Shown here: piece after piece, positions 1-12,600 of the stretch
Position numbering within the stretch: the first letter of the stretch is position 1
How the letters are laid out: each line of letters starts with the position of its first letter
Source: Podarcis cretensis
Taxonomy: Eukaryota
NCBI GenBank assembly: GCA_951804945.1
Contig: OX638166.1
Location: 38,750,001 to 38,814,000 of the forward strand
Length of the DNA stretch: 64,000 nucleotides
Reading direction: 5' to 3'
The notes under the pieces: generated by a model
Database searches by the model: none
Seen by the model: only the letters and a program-made list of their open reading frames with translations
Told to the model about the DNA's origin: nothing
Program-made: the position numbers and the translations under genes

Positions 1-120
1 CCACCATTCCACAAAAGAGCACCCTCCCACCCAGAGATACTCCATCCAAACTGTGTCTTCCACGACAGTCTCTTCAGTCTGCATTTCTGATCTTTTAAAA
101 ACCTGTCTCTCTCTCTTCAG

Positions 121-608
121 TTGATGGATATGGGCTTTACACGGGAGCATGCCATGGAAGCTCTGCTGAATACCAGCACCATGGAACAAGCTACAGAGTA
201 TCTGCTGACCCATCCTCCTCCACTTATGGGTGGTGTTGTTAGGGTAAGGCCACTTAGCAGCTAAGACTAAGTAGCAGGGGAAGGGCATATTCCTGGGCTG
301 CCACTCTCTCCAGCTTGATACTTCTGAAGGAAAATGTGTACTGCAAGCTAGTTTAATGTAGTTGTGGTGGCCTTAGCCAGGAGGATAAGCAGTGTACCCA
401 AAGGGTAGGTCTCTTCCTACTTGAATTCTGTAATTTAGGCCCTGTAGACTGTTTGGTTTCCCTTGCATTGAGTTCTGTAACCTCACAGGGTTATTTCTGT
501 GTTGTATGACAGGATCTGAGTATGTCTGAAGAAGATCAAATGATGAGGGCCATTGCTATGTCACTGGGACAAGACATCCCCATGGACCAAAGAGCTGAAT
601 CACCAGAG
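121..608 (+). CDS. HUWE1: HUWE1 UBA and UIM exons
   Basis: [31 protein letters not shown] (UBA, MGF loop) and [18 protein letters not shown] (UIM). Confidence 0.95.
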
Positions 609-3600
609 GTAAAGGCATCATAAGGGGATTCCATAAAGTGCTGGGTTGAAGGAATACTGGTGAGGTTTTTGGAAAGAAGTCGGGAGTGGGCTAGCATATG
701 CATCCTGGAATTCAAAGGTTGCAGAAATGTGGTGAGAACCTGCGGTCATGACAATGTAAATATCGCAGACTCAGTTTTCTTTGATAATAATAGGACAGCT
801 GCAAATAGCAGAGGAACCGTGCCTTATCTTTGAGGGAGGTAGGCAGGTGAGCTGTGGTACTGTGAAAGCAATATTTATAACCTGCCGTTTCTGCTCTCTA
901 GGAAGCTGCCTGCCGAAAAGAGGAGGAAGAACGTAAGGCCAGAGAGAAGCAAGAAGAGGAGGAGGCAAAGTGTCTAGAGAAGTTCCAGGATGCCGAACCT
1001 CTGGAGCAAGAAGAGCTGCACAGCTTTACAGACACCATGCTTCCTGGCTGCTTCCACCTGTTGGATGAGCTGCCAGACACGGTGTACCGGGTCTGCGACC
1101 TCATCATGACTGCCATCAAGCGCAATGGGGCTGACTACAGAGACATGATCCTCAAGCAAGTGGTGAATCAGGTGAGCCTATCTACCAAGACCACACAGTC
1201 TCTTTACATTGGGAGGCGTCCTGAACAATACCCAGTCCATTTTATGCTATTCTTGCCCTGAACAAGACTGCATTATCCCAGTGCTCTGTTAGCCTAGGTG
1301 ATTATCCAAGATGCTCTAGAAGAGGAAAAGGCTTCTTTAGGTACTTAAGTTCACCTGGTTTTCAGGGACAATCTGGAAGACAGGCTGCAAGCATTGGGTT
1401 CAGTTAGAGCTTGGATTTGAGATCCTGGAAGATAATGATATCTGTTCTGAATTGGGCCGCACGATCTGTGCTGGATGACAGGACTCCCAAGGACTGCTTA
1501 ATGTACGATACATTAGGAAAAATCAAGAACGCAATTGAAAACTGCATGTTTTCCTCTTTGTGTAGAAAGCAGGAAGCTCAGTTGGCCACAGAGGCTTTGA
1601 GGTAGATGTGTACACACATGGGTAACTCAGGTGTAACGGTACAGGCGACTCCCCAATTATGTAGTGGTTACGTTCTGAATTTCTGCACGTATCACTGAAA
1701 TCGCATAAAATGGGGAGTTGCCTGTCAGCTCAACAAAGCCCCGCTGATGTGTGTGGAAGAAGTTTCTTCCCTGTGCATCAGCTGAGCTGGTCAAGAAGAC
1801 CCGCTGCCACTTTGGCTCGTGTGAGCCAGAGACACAGCGGGGCTTTCTGCCTGATGCTCGGGAAGGCGCAGCAGCAACCACTTTGCCACACATCAGCTGT
1901 TAGCTGGGAGCCTCAGCAAAGCCCTGTTGCACCTCTGGCTCATGAAGAGACCATCCCCGGAGTCCGAAAGATGTCCCCTTCAGGTAGGGTCTCCTGACGA
2001 GCTAGAGGCTCAGCAGGGCTTTGCTGAGGGTCATCAGGTATCTCCCCCCACTTCCAGGTTTCTGGAGCCATGCATATGCATTGTCACACGTGAATTGAAC
2101 ACATGGTAGTAGGGGGGGGATACCTGAATATACATGCTCTCTTGAAACATAAGCATTTATCTCAGTAGGGAAAACTCTGTTTAAGTAGCTGGGGGGCAGC
2201 GGGGAGATAATGTGGAACCCAAGGTATAACAAATTAACAAGAGCATGTCTCCAGGTAGAATTCATAGATGTCAGTGTTTGATATGCTTAGGTCTCAATTT
2301 TAGAACAGTTAACTTCCTGTTGCCAGCAGGTGCCTGTAGGGCCTAGCATCATAGCCTTCTGAGCAAATACCTTAATGCCATTGTGTTCTGGATGTTCTGT
2401 AATGGATTAAGACTAGTGTCCAAGAAAGGCTATCTTGCTGATAATCCACTCCATTCATAACATGCCCTTTCTTTGGCAGGTGTGGGAAGCAGCTGATGTC
2501 CTTATAAAAGCAGCTCTGCCCCTCACCACTAGCGACACCAAGACTGTCTCAGAGTGGATCAGCCAGATGGCTACCCTGCCACAGGCCTCCAACCTGGCCA
2601 CACGCATCCTGCTGTTAACTTTACTCTTTGAGGTGAGTCCAAAGAAAGGAGAAGGAGACGTACCCTCCCCGCACCAGTTACCCCATGTCTTTGTTCAACT
2701 TTTACCTGGGGTGGGGTTGGAGGGTCAGGACTGGACATTCAAGCATTTGAGGTGATGGTTATCATGTTTTCCTATAGAATTTGGATTGCTCTTTACATAT
2801 AGCGTTTATCTCATAGCCCTCCCTTGCTGTTTCATTGCTTTAATCACTAGATGTTTCTCACTTCTCACAAAGTCCAGGATATAGAGCATACGGAATGTAA
2901 TTATTTGATAGAGAGAGTGGACATGATCACTCTAGTTCATGATACTTTGTCATTTAGGGTTTTCCATTGTAACTGCTTAGGTATCTATATGTTAAGCAGT
3001 GTCTGTATGTGTTATATAACATTAACATGAATATATTCATATTTCATATTTGACACTGAAATATTCCTTTTTTCAAGGATACTATACACACACACACAAC
3101 CACAGAATACTCAAATTCAAATAACTTTGGTGAACACATCTACAGATTGTATTCTACTAGGCCAGCCTTCCCCAACCTGATGCCTTCCAAATTCTTGCTG
3201 GTACTGATGGGAGCTGTTGCTAACATCTGGAGGGCACCTGGTTGAGGAATGCTGTATTACAGCATACAGTTGTGTGGGATGGGGTAATTTTTTACAGGAC
3301 AGTTGTGCTTTTCATTCAATCATCATCATCAACTATTCTTATTATTCTTATTACCACCCTACCCATCTGGCTTGGGTTCCCCAGCCAGTGTGGGCAGCTT
3401 ACAGTATATCAAAAAACACTTCAATAAACTTTGGATAAAGAGGTTGATGTATGCTGTTAGATGTGAACTACGCTGAGGACCTGTACAATAGAACATGCAC
3501 TTGAAAAGAAAATGCCTCACACTCCCCTTCACTTGGCTCTGAAGTGATGATAACACTTAGAACTTTGAATGTAATGGTCAGTTTGTGCTCCAATTAGTCC

Positions 3601-6600
3601 TATCTGCTGCATGGTTGCCAACCTCTTTACTTTTGTTTCCCTGCAGGAGCTTAAGTTGCCATGTGCTCGTGTTGTAGAATCTAGCGGCATCCTCAACGTT
3701 CTGATCAAACTGCTAGAAGTGGTGCAGCCCTGCCTGCAAGCTGCCAAGGAGCAAAAGGAAGTGCAGACACCAAAGTAAGCAACAAAACAGGATATAGGGT
3801 GGAGCTGGAAAGCCCCAAGCCAGGCTTACCCACACTTCGATATACATTACCTGGGTTTTGCTTCTGGTCTTTCTTGTGAGGAGAAGCTACCAGTTTTGTA
3901 TTTGTACCTAATGAAATACATAATGGTTTAATAATGCTGGATGCAGTTACTAACCTGGAATGAAATTGGGTTTACCTCCCTCCTTGAGTCCAGAAGGTCT
4001 TGCTACTGTTTTCTTGGCAGGGTTTTAGTCCCAAAAATGGCTGCAGTATCTTGGCTTAGGAACCCATGCAATATATTTTGTTGGATGCCTTAGCTGATGT
4101 AATTAACTTGCCTCCCACAGGTGGATCACCCCAGTGCTGTTGCTGATTGACTTCTATGAGAAGACAGCTATCTCCTCCAAGAGGAGGGCCCAGATGAACA
4201 AGGTATGAGCTCAGGGTGGTGGTGTGGGAAATGCAAGCTATTACGAAGGGGACTGGGAAAAAGGATCCTGGCCCCTGTGGAATTGTGAGTGTGTACGGCA
4301 AATAAGCTGTGGCATTTGCAATACGCCCTGATACAACCAGGCTGCAATCTTTTATTAGAACTGGGAGCAAGTTCCATTGAACTTTATGGATCTCAATTCT
4401 GAGTAGACATGGAGAGAACTGCAGTGTAGGTCTGCAGATGCTAAGAATCTGTATTCTTTCTCTCCAGTACCTCCAAGCCAATGGCAACAACTGGCGCTGG
4501 TTTGACGATCGCTCAGGCCGTTGGTGTAGCTATAGTGCAAGCAACAACAGCACCATCGACACAGCGTGGAAAGCAGGAGAGACCAGTGTTCGTTTCACTG
4601 CTGGCCGGCGGCGCTATACTGTGCAATTCACTACAATGGTGCAGGTATAGGCATTAGGAATGTTGTCATGGGTGTTCTCTGAGGTCGTTGGGCACATGGG
4701 GTATGGTAGTCTTAACCTCCCTCTTGTTTCCTTAATCAGGTGAATGAAGAAACTGGGAACAGGCGTCCAGTAATGTTGACTTTGCTCAGGGTGCCCCGGC
4801 TCAGTAAGAGTATGAAAGAGGGCAATGGACAAGAGCTGGAGAGAACCTTGGAGGAAGGCAAGGAGGTTGAAAGCAAGCCAAAGGAGGAGAAAGCAAATGG
4901 TACTGAATATGTAGTCTCATCACTGGCTTACCTATAGAGTAGGAGACTGGAACTTGTAACCTCAAACCTATTTTATCTTCCCTCATCAGATAGCCCTGCT
5001 TCTACTGAGAGTCTCACCCTGGAGAAGGAAGCACCTTCAGAAGAGGCCAAACCATCAGAGATCCTCATCCAGGGCCTGACAGAGGAAATGGTTACCGTGT
5101 TGATCCGTGCCTGTGTCAGCATGTTGGGTGTTCCTGTGGAACCAGACACACTACACGCCACGTTGCGCCTCTGTCTGCGCCTCACCCGCCACCACAAATA
5201 CGCCATGATGTTTGCAGAACTCAAGAGCACACGCATGATCCTGGGTCTTACGCAGAGCTCTGGCTTCAACGGCTTCACGCCTCTTGTCACCCTTCTTTTC
5301 CGACACATAATCGAGGATCCCTGCACACTTCATCACACCATGGAGAAGGTATGGCTTGCTTCTGCTGACTTCACCATAGAGAAGGTAGAGTCTTAGAAGC
5401 TTTCTTCTGTATAGGTCTTGCACACTAAAGAGGAGACTTGACTCAGCTTAGACAGCATATGGAAAATGTTGCTGCTTCGGTAATTGCTCGGGCTTCCTGA
5501 AATCTCCATTGCCTTGTCCAGTAGAACTGGCTTTTTCAATTGCCGGTATGAATGCACATTTCTCTTTTTGTCTGTTCCAGGTTGTGCGCTCAGCAGCCAC
5601 CAGTGGAGCAGGCAGCACAACTTCAGGTGTCGTGTCAGGCAGTTTGGGCTCTCGGGAGATCAACTACATTTTGCGAGTGCTGGGCCCAGCTGCTTGCCGC
5701 AACCCAGAGATCTTCACTGAGGTGGCCAATGGCTGCATTCGCATTGCCCTGCCTGCTCCCCGTGGCTCTGGAACTGGTAAGTAATTCAGAACCCTGCTGG
5801 TTTTCCTACAGTGTCCGCGCTAAGTCAGTGTGCCCATTTGCACATGGAACTTCTTCATAATTTGAGGTAGAAGGAGGTCTGGGTCAGAGATAGAAGAGAA
5901 GTATGAATCCTAGAGTAATCTTGTGCCAAAATAAAAAGCAGCTGGAAAAATCGCAAAGAACTAAGCCCCTTCCCTCCTTAAGTCCCAGGTTCCTTTACCA
6001 GTGTTGGCTGCTCTAGTTTTTTTTATTATTTCTCCTTTTGCTCCCCAAGCCTCTGATGACGAATTCGAGAACCTGCGGATCAAGGGCCCCAACGCTGTGC
6101 AGCTGGTAAAAACCACTCCAGTAAAGCCCTCACCGCTGCCTGTCATACCTGACACTATCAAGGAGGTGATCTATGACATGCTGAATGCTCTGGCTGCCTA
6201 CCATGCCCCTGATGAAGGTACATGACTGCCTGGGACAGGATGGGTGGGAATTTCTATGCATGGGGGAACCAAGGGCCTCGTTCTGTTGAGGAGGACTTCA
6301 TGTTGCCTGAACAAAAGCTCCCTTCTGATCAGTCCTTTTTATTAAAGCTGGAACCCAGTATTATCCATTTCACTTCCCATCCCCAAAAGACTAGTAATAA
6401 CAAAGTGCTTTTCTTTCAGCAAGATCATGGGTGTAAGATAAACACCACACCAGCTTCTTGAAATAAACACTTTGAATTTGCCATGTATATATGTATAACG
6501 GCTCTCTGAAGAGACATTGTCAGTGGTGGTCATGATTTCATTTCCCCTCTCCAGCAGACAAGTCTGAACCCAAGGCAAGCAGTACTAACCAGGAGATGAG

Positions 6601-9600
6601 CCAGATCCTGCAAGAAATTGGAGATGATATGTACCAGCAGTATCGCTCTCTAACCCGTCAGGGCAGTGACTTTGACTCTCAGACCGGCTTTGGCATCAAT
6701 GTGAGTCTGCCAGAAGTAAAAACCCAAACTCCACAGTAACATCTATCAGCTGTCAAAATCATTGAGCCATTTTTTCTGCAGCAATATCATAAATCCCATA
6801 TCATCTCATTTTTGGCTCTTTTATTTCCTTTTGCTTTTTGAGGTTTTCAGTTGTTGGGGGTTGTGGACTGTATCTGAAGCATTGTTTAGATGTTGACTGC
6901 TTCTCTGGTTTCTTATGGTTTGAGACCTCTGTGTATTCCACCTCTCTGTTGCTCCAAAGTAGCAGATGGCAGTGAAAACTGTAGTGCCTTGTCATGTGTG
7001 GAACTCTGTTGGTGGATTTTAGGCCATTCAGCACCATTTTGTTCATTGCCTTTGTTGTTCTTCTCTAGGCTCAGGTTTTTGCTGCTGATAGTGCAGCTGC
7101 TGAGACTCCCCAGTCTGGAACTCCCCAAGGAGATGGTAAGTCTCATCTTTGTTGATTAGACATAACAGTGTCTTAATGCCTCTCCAGGGATCTCCCTTGA
7201 AGCTATCCTGCAATTGGAAATACTAGTCCCTGATTAAAACAGACCCAGAATGACATTCCCCTGCTCAATCACTTCAAGTGTTGGGATGCCAGTCTCATTT
7301 CTCTTAGTTGTAAAGATGGGGCCCCTCAGTCTTTTTCCTGAAAGTGAGATCTAACCCCATCTGCCATACTGGAACCAGGTCTCTCCTGAAACTTTGTGGG
7401 GAGGTTTTTTTTTGGGGGGGAGGCAGGGAGCAGTTCTTTCACTGGTTCTCCTTTTCCCTTGTGTCCTACAGCCTCCACTCCTGAAGAATCAAGAGAAAAC
7501 AAGAAGGATAAGGAGGGTGATAAAGCAGCAGAGGAGAACAAGCAGAAGGCTAAGGGAAGCAAGCCACTTATGCCTACATCCACCATCTTGAGGCTGCTGG
7601 CAGAGCTTGTGCGCTCATATGTTGGCATTGCCACCTTAATTGCCAACTACAACTATACTGTGGGCCAGTCTGAGCTGATAAAGGAGGTGAGAAGCCCTGG
7701 AAGAACAAAACAAACCTAATGAACTGTGGATTAGGAGTGGGGTAAATGCAAAATAAGACTTGGGGCCAGCACTGCTAGGTTCCAGAGAAGAGGAGTGAGT
7801 TTGGGTAGACTGCTTGGGAGGAGGAGTTGCTGATGAAAGAAGATGACTAGGCCACCCTGGCCTGCTCTCGCTACTATCTTTCATTTTGTCTTTTCAGGAC
7901 TGTAGTGTGTTGGCCTTTGTGCTGGACCATTTGCTCCCTCACACCCAGAATGCAGAAGACAAAGATACACCAGCCTTGGCGCGCCTCTTCCTAGCCAGCT
8001 TGGCTGCAGCAGGTAGTGGCACAGATGCCCAGGTGGCCCTGGTGAATGAGGTGAAGGCAGCCCTGGGTCGGGCACTGGCCATGACAGAGAGTACTGAAAA
8101 GCATGCCAGGTGAGCTGGAAGATGTTGAGGATTGATTAGCACTTGAGAAGAGGATGTTGTATTACAACTCTCCTGTAATAGGTTCTTGCAGCTTTGCAGC
8201 CCAGGTATTCGTGGTTTTCAGTAGGTCCGCAGCAAAGGTCTTGACTAAATTATGTTTCTTTTTAGTAGTACCATTGTACCTTGGAAGTTGAATGGAAGCC
8301 GTTCTGGAAGTCCATTCAACTTACAAGACGTTCGGAAACCAAAGCACGGCTTCTGATTGGCTGCAGGAAGCTCCTGCAGGAAGCTCCTGCAGCCAATCAG
8401 AAGCCCCGTTGGATGTTCGGGTTCCAAATAATGTTAGCAATCCAGAACACTCACTTCCGGGTTTGTGGCGTTCGGGAGCCAAAATGTCCAATTATCAAGG
8501 CATTCAGAAGCCAAGGTACGACTGTATAAAATTTTCAGGTACACTATTTCGTAAAACAGGAATGGGGAACTTCCGGCCCGCCAAAAGTTGTTGGACACTA
8601 GCTCCCACCGGTCCCAGCCAGCATGGCTAATGGCGGGGGGATGGGAGCTGTAGAATATCTGGAGGGTCATAGGTTCTCTGTCACTTTACTAAATTAGAAT
8701 ACTTGTTGCAGGAAAATAGATCCTTCCTGTTACAGGGATTGGGGCAGGGTATTGCAGGATTTGCTAACCATGACACTGTTCTGGAAGTAAAGAAATGTCA
8801 CTTTCCACTTTGACACTCTCTAGGCTGCAAGCTGTCATGTGCATCATCAGCACCATTATGGAATCATGCCCATCCACCTCTAGCTTCTACAGCAATGCCA
8901 CAGCAAAAACCCAGCATAATGGCATGAACAACATCATCCGCCTCTTCCTCAAGAAGGGGTTGGTCAATGACCTGGCCAGGGTGCCTCACAGCCTTGATCT
9001 GTCCAGGTATGTGACTTATTTAACCGCAAGGAGATGGAGCGTGCCTCGTTCATGATCAGGGATGATGTCGAACAGTTGGTGTAGGGGACAAGGACAAGAC
9101 CAAATGTAGAAGACAGATACAATCCCTTCCACTAAGATTTGGCCTTAGAAAGTTTTTTCCCCTATCTCTAGAACATAACTGAATTGGCATATTGAGAGAG
9201 CAGGCAGAATCATGACATCTTCCCACTAGAGGTTTCTCTTCGTTCTACCCCAGCTAAGGTTAGCTTTGCTATTAAGACCTTTGTTCACAGTCTGGAAACT
9301 CATATTGGCATGTGTTTTTCCTCCAAGTCCCAACATGGCCAACACAGTAAATGCAGCCCTGAAGCCCTTGGAAACGTTATCACGAATTGTCAATCAGCCC
9401 AGTAGTCTCTTCGGTAGCAAAAGTGCCTCGAGCAAGAGCAAGGCAGAGCAGGATGCTCAGGGAGCAGCACAAGATGCCAACAGTGGCCAACAAGATGCAG
9501 GTATGCCATCCTCAGCATCCATTGTTTATGGGTCATGTACCTCTTCTCTGTGATTTTTCATCAACCTCTTCCACAATAAGATCCACACCTGCCATCCCCT

Positions 9601-12600
9601 CCTTTCCTTGGCCTGGAATTTTTCTGACTTCCATTATGAGCCTCCATTAGTCTGTCTGCCACTAAGCTAATTCAAGGATGACTTGAGAGGGTAATATTTA
9701 GACCTTGACTTACAGGGGAGAGCGGGGAAGCAGAGGCCCCAGAGGAGGACCATGATGTTGCCCAAGCAGAAGTGACAGATGGTGACATCATGGATGGTGA
9801 AACGGAGAGCGATGCCGTGGTGATTGCTGGACAGCCGGAGGTTCTGAGCACGCAGGAGATGCAGGTATTGATGGTGGCTTGTAGGAACCCTGCCTGTATT
9901 GCATGCAGGAGGTGACCACAGGTTTTAAGGCATGGGATGTTGGTGACATATAGCTGGGATCACTTCCATTCCTGCTTGTGTTGCTTAAAGTTGCAATTTA
10001 TTTAGGGCTATATGCAGAGGAGTGTGTAAATGAAGACTTTTGTTGACCACATCTTTGCTCTGAGATTAATGAGTACAATCTGGATAGCTGCACAAACTGA
10101 AATGACCCTTTGCTTGCTTAATTTAGATTGTGATACCTGAGGCTGGGCTACCTGTCGTATATAGCGTTTGACTTGGGTAGAGCACAAATCAGACCTGTGT
10201 CAGAAGTCAGGGTGATGCAGCTTGTTTTATGGTTTTGAGACTTGATTGTAAAGAACTGGAAATCACCAGTGTGTTTGTCTTTACCATCTTCTAGGTGGAA
10301 AATGAGCTAGAGGACCTGATCGATGAGCTTTTAGAGCAGGATGGTGGCTCAGGGAATAGTACAATAATAGGTGAGTACAAAGCCCCAACACTTTGCCTCA
10401 GAACTTTCCTTCAGGATCTCTGGACTCTCTGCCTTTCCCCCTCTGTGTGGCCTCTGAGGGAACCAAGTGCATTTTTGGCTTTGCTGTAGAGAATCCTACC
10501 TCATAAGGCCACTCCAGGTAGAGATCATCTACTGTTCTTCTCTCTTCCTCCTCCCTGCAGCTCTTCTTTATCACACAGCATGGGTGCTGTATCAGACATA
10601 TGTCCGTGTTGCTTTTTCGCCCATTATAGAGATAATCTATTCCTATACAATTCTTGGTGGGTGGGGTGACTTCTGAGAGGCAAGAGACTTGTCATGGTAG
10701 CTTTATAACTGCCAAGAAAATCGCCATCTGTATATGGAAAGCAGCATCACATCAGGACCATAACGGGCACTCAAAGATAAATGGCCATCAAGTTTAGGGA
10801 CTGCCCAGAAGGTCCTCTAAAGGGAGAGGGTTGTTTGCTCATAACTTTGCTAAGCCCTATACACTTCCTTTATGTCCTTCAGTGGGCCGAAGTGGAGAGG
10901 ATGAGTCTCAGGAGGATGTGTTGATGGATGAGGCACCTTCCAATCTCAGCCAGGCTTCCACATTACAGGCCAACAGGGAAGGTGAGGCATTGCCTACGAT
11001 GTTACATGGAGTCAGTAGAAGTGCCTATAGTCCCTGGAGGGGGAGGGGGAGGGTAAGTGCAAGAGAAGGGTGAAGTAGCATGATGCAGAAGGGTTGTTAT
11101 AGGCTTGCGCTCTCGTAAGAGAAGCAGGAGGAGGGGGAGGTTTCTGAGACCTGGCTTTGTGAGGTTTTGCTTGTCTGGCAAAAGGAGTTTGAAGATAGAA
11201 CTTGCCAGAAAGGTAACTGGAAGAATCTTCACTTAACCTGCAGGGGCCAATTCACCATAGCTACACTCTAATCTTCTCTAGATTCTATGAATATTCTGGA
11301 TCCTGAAGATGAAGAGGAGCACACACAGGAGGAAGACAGCAGTGGCAGCAATGAGGATGAGGATGATAGTCAGGATGAAGAGGAAGAAGAGGAGGAGGAG
11401 GATGAAGATGACCAGGTAAGGGCATTGAAGGAAAGGCAGTGCAGAAGTCTTTACAGTGGGTGCTTTATGATCTTAACATAGGAGGCTGTGGGGCAGATGT
11501 CAAAAATAACAGGGAAAGGGTGGTCATAATTGAGGACAGCATGTAATAGGTTTTTATTGGGGAGCTAATGGGAGCTATGCACCATAATGTTTGGGTTTTA
11601 GATCTAGAATATTTTATAGTGTGAGAGCCAAAAATTTCATTGACTCAGTCTGTGGTTCCAGGTAAAGAGAGTGACTAAAGTTGGAGTGAGGAGGTATGAA
11701 GACTGGTTTTCATGATGCCGTATTCTAGCCGGCATTTGCTTAGCCTTGTGTTTGGTGATAACTTTCCCTCCAGGATGATGAAGAAGGTGAGGAAGGCGAA
11801 GAGGAGGAAGATGACGATGATGGCTCCGAGATGGAGTTAGATGAAGACTACCCTGATATGAATGCCTCCCCACTGGTGCGTTTTGAGCGCTTTGACCGTG
11901 AAGATGACCTCATCATTGAGTTTGACAACATGTTCTCCAGCGCCAGTAAGAACTCTAAAAACTGGAAAGCCACAGGACATGGCTGATTCTGGGGGGGCTG
12001 GGAGCCAAGATGCTAAGTTTTTCCCCACATCCTATGGACTAGGGAACTGGGGTTTTCTTTGAAATGGAATAACATTCTCTATCTAGTGGAACGGAAGCAT
12101 CCACATAATGGGTTGTCTCCTCCCACTGCCCAGAACAGGCAGGATCAGGCAACCAGACTTTGCCCACATTCAGCATCATCTCAGTTCCTTTTCCTGCCTT
12201 ATCCATGATCAGTGCTGTGTTCTAGCACATGATCTGTTTTCTAGCTTCAAAATGTTGCTCTGACATTTGGGAGGCTTTGTAATTATAGCTTTGTTGACCC
12301 TATTTCAGGCTAGTTCTTGTCTCCAGGGAAATTATATTTGTATGTCTTCAAAGCTCCATCTTGGCTTGCTAACTTTGCCTATTTCTATTCCCAGCGGATA
12401 TTCCTCCATCACCTGGCAATATTCCTGCCACTCATCCACTCATGGTACGGCATGCAGACCATAGCTCCTTGACTTTGGGTAGTGGCTCCTCCACTACGCG
12501 ATTGGCGCAAGGCATTGGCCGCAGCCAGAGGACCCTTCGGCAGCTGACAGCAAACACTGGCCATACCATCCATGTTCATTACCCTGGCACCCGCCAGCCC

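Noticed and set aside
5863-5885. TGAGGTAG let-7 seed matches here and near 1598
   Set aside because: No similarity beyond the seed and no complementary 3p arm.
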